The notes under the pieces are model-generated. The model was not told the origin of the DNA. It did not search any database and worked only from the letters and a program-made list of their open reading frames with translations. Positions 32,991 to 33,000 of a stretch of DNA of 33,000 nt are shown one piece after another. Each line of letters begins with the position of its first letter. The first letter of the stretch is position 1. The translations under genes were made by a program, and so were the position numbers. The DNA is from Dicyema japonicum (taxonomy: Eukaryota; Animalia; Dicyemida), in NCBI GenBank assembly GCA_011109175.1, contig RDEW01000059.1, forward strand, positions 31,001 to 64,000, in the 5' to 3' direction.

Positions 32991-33000
32991 CTACCATTAC

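Noticed and set aside
701-33000. Stop-codon reassignment (TAA/TAG as Gln, or TGA as sense) to explain in-frame stops
   Set aside because: About 950 CFAP70 codons plus the kinase and ROMO1 contain no exonic stop. The isolated stops involve all three codons, which fits lesions or errors better.
1-33000. Prokaryotic features (operons, CRISPR, rRNA, defence systems)
   Set aside because: No repeat-spacer array, rRNA-like segment or bacterial gene organisation was seen. All recognisable genes are intron-containing eukaryotic genes.

Overview
AT-rich eukaryotic nuclear DNA in the standard genetic code. Host genes are split by very short GT-AG introns, mostly 21-27 nt, so the ORF track misses or fragments most of them. 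Animal-type genes plus such introns fit a dicyemid mesozoan best (inference). Manual splicing recovers: CFAP70 (701-4065, -, 18 introns); a divergently oriented CAMK-like pseudokinase (5118-6392, +); ROMO1 (11397-11658, -); LCLAT1 (15794-16884, +, two apparent -1 frameshifts); an orphan Ser/Thr-rich surface glycoprotein (24090-24787, +, TAG inside its membrane segment); TIMM10 (25645-25916, -, frame lesion); and the last exon of NFX1 (32787-32990, -). A SINE-interrupted multi-pass membrane gene candidate lies at about 8.8-9.8 kb. The rest is mostly decayed transposons: a tRNA-derived SINE family (one complete copy with a 14-bp TSD, sharing its 3' tail with an RTE LINE), many CRE-clade RT-RLE retrotransposons (nested at 26-32 kb, one with a PHD finger), APE-type LINEs (one with a 2A-like motif), an R4/Dong-like RLE element, and Penelope-like, Tigger/pogo and hAT-like remnants. 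All family calls come from motif recognition and remembered homologs, not database searches. TE boundaries are approximate.
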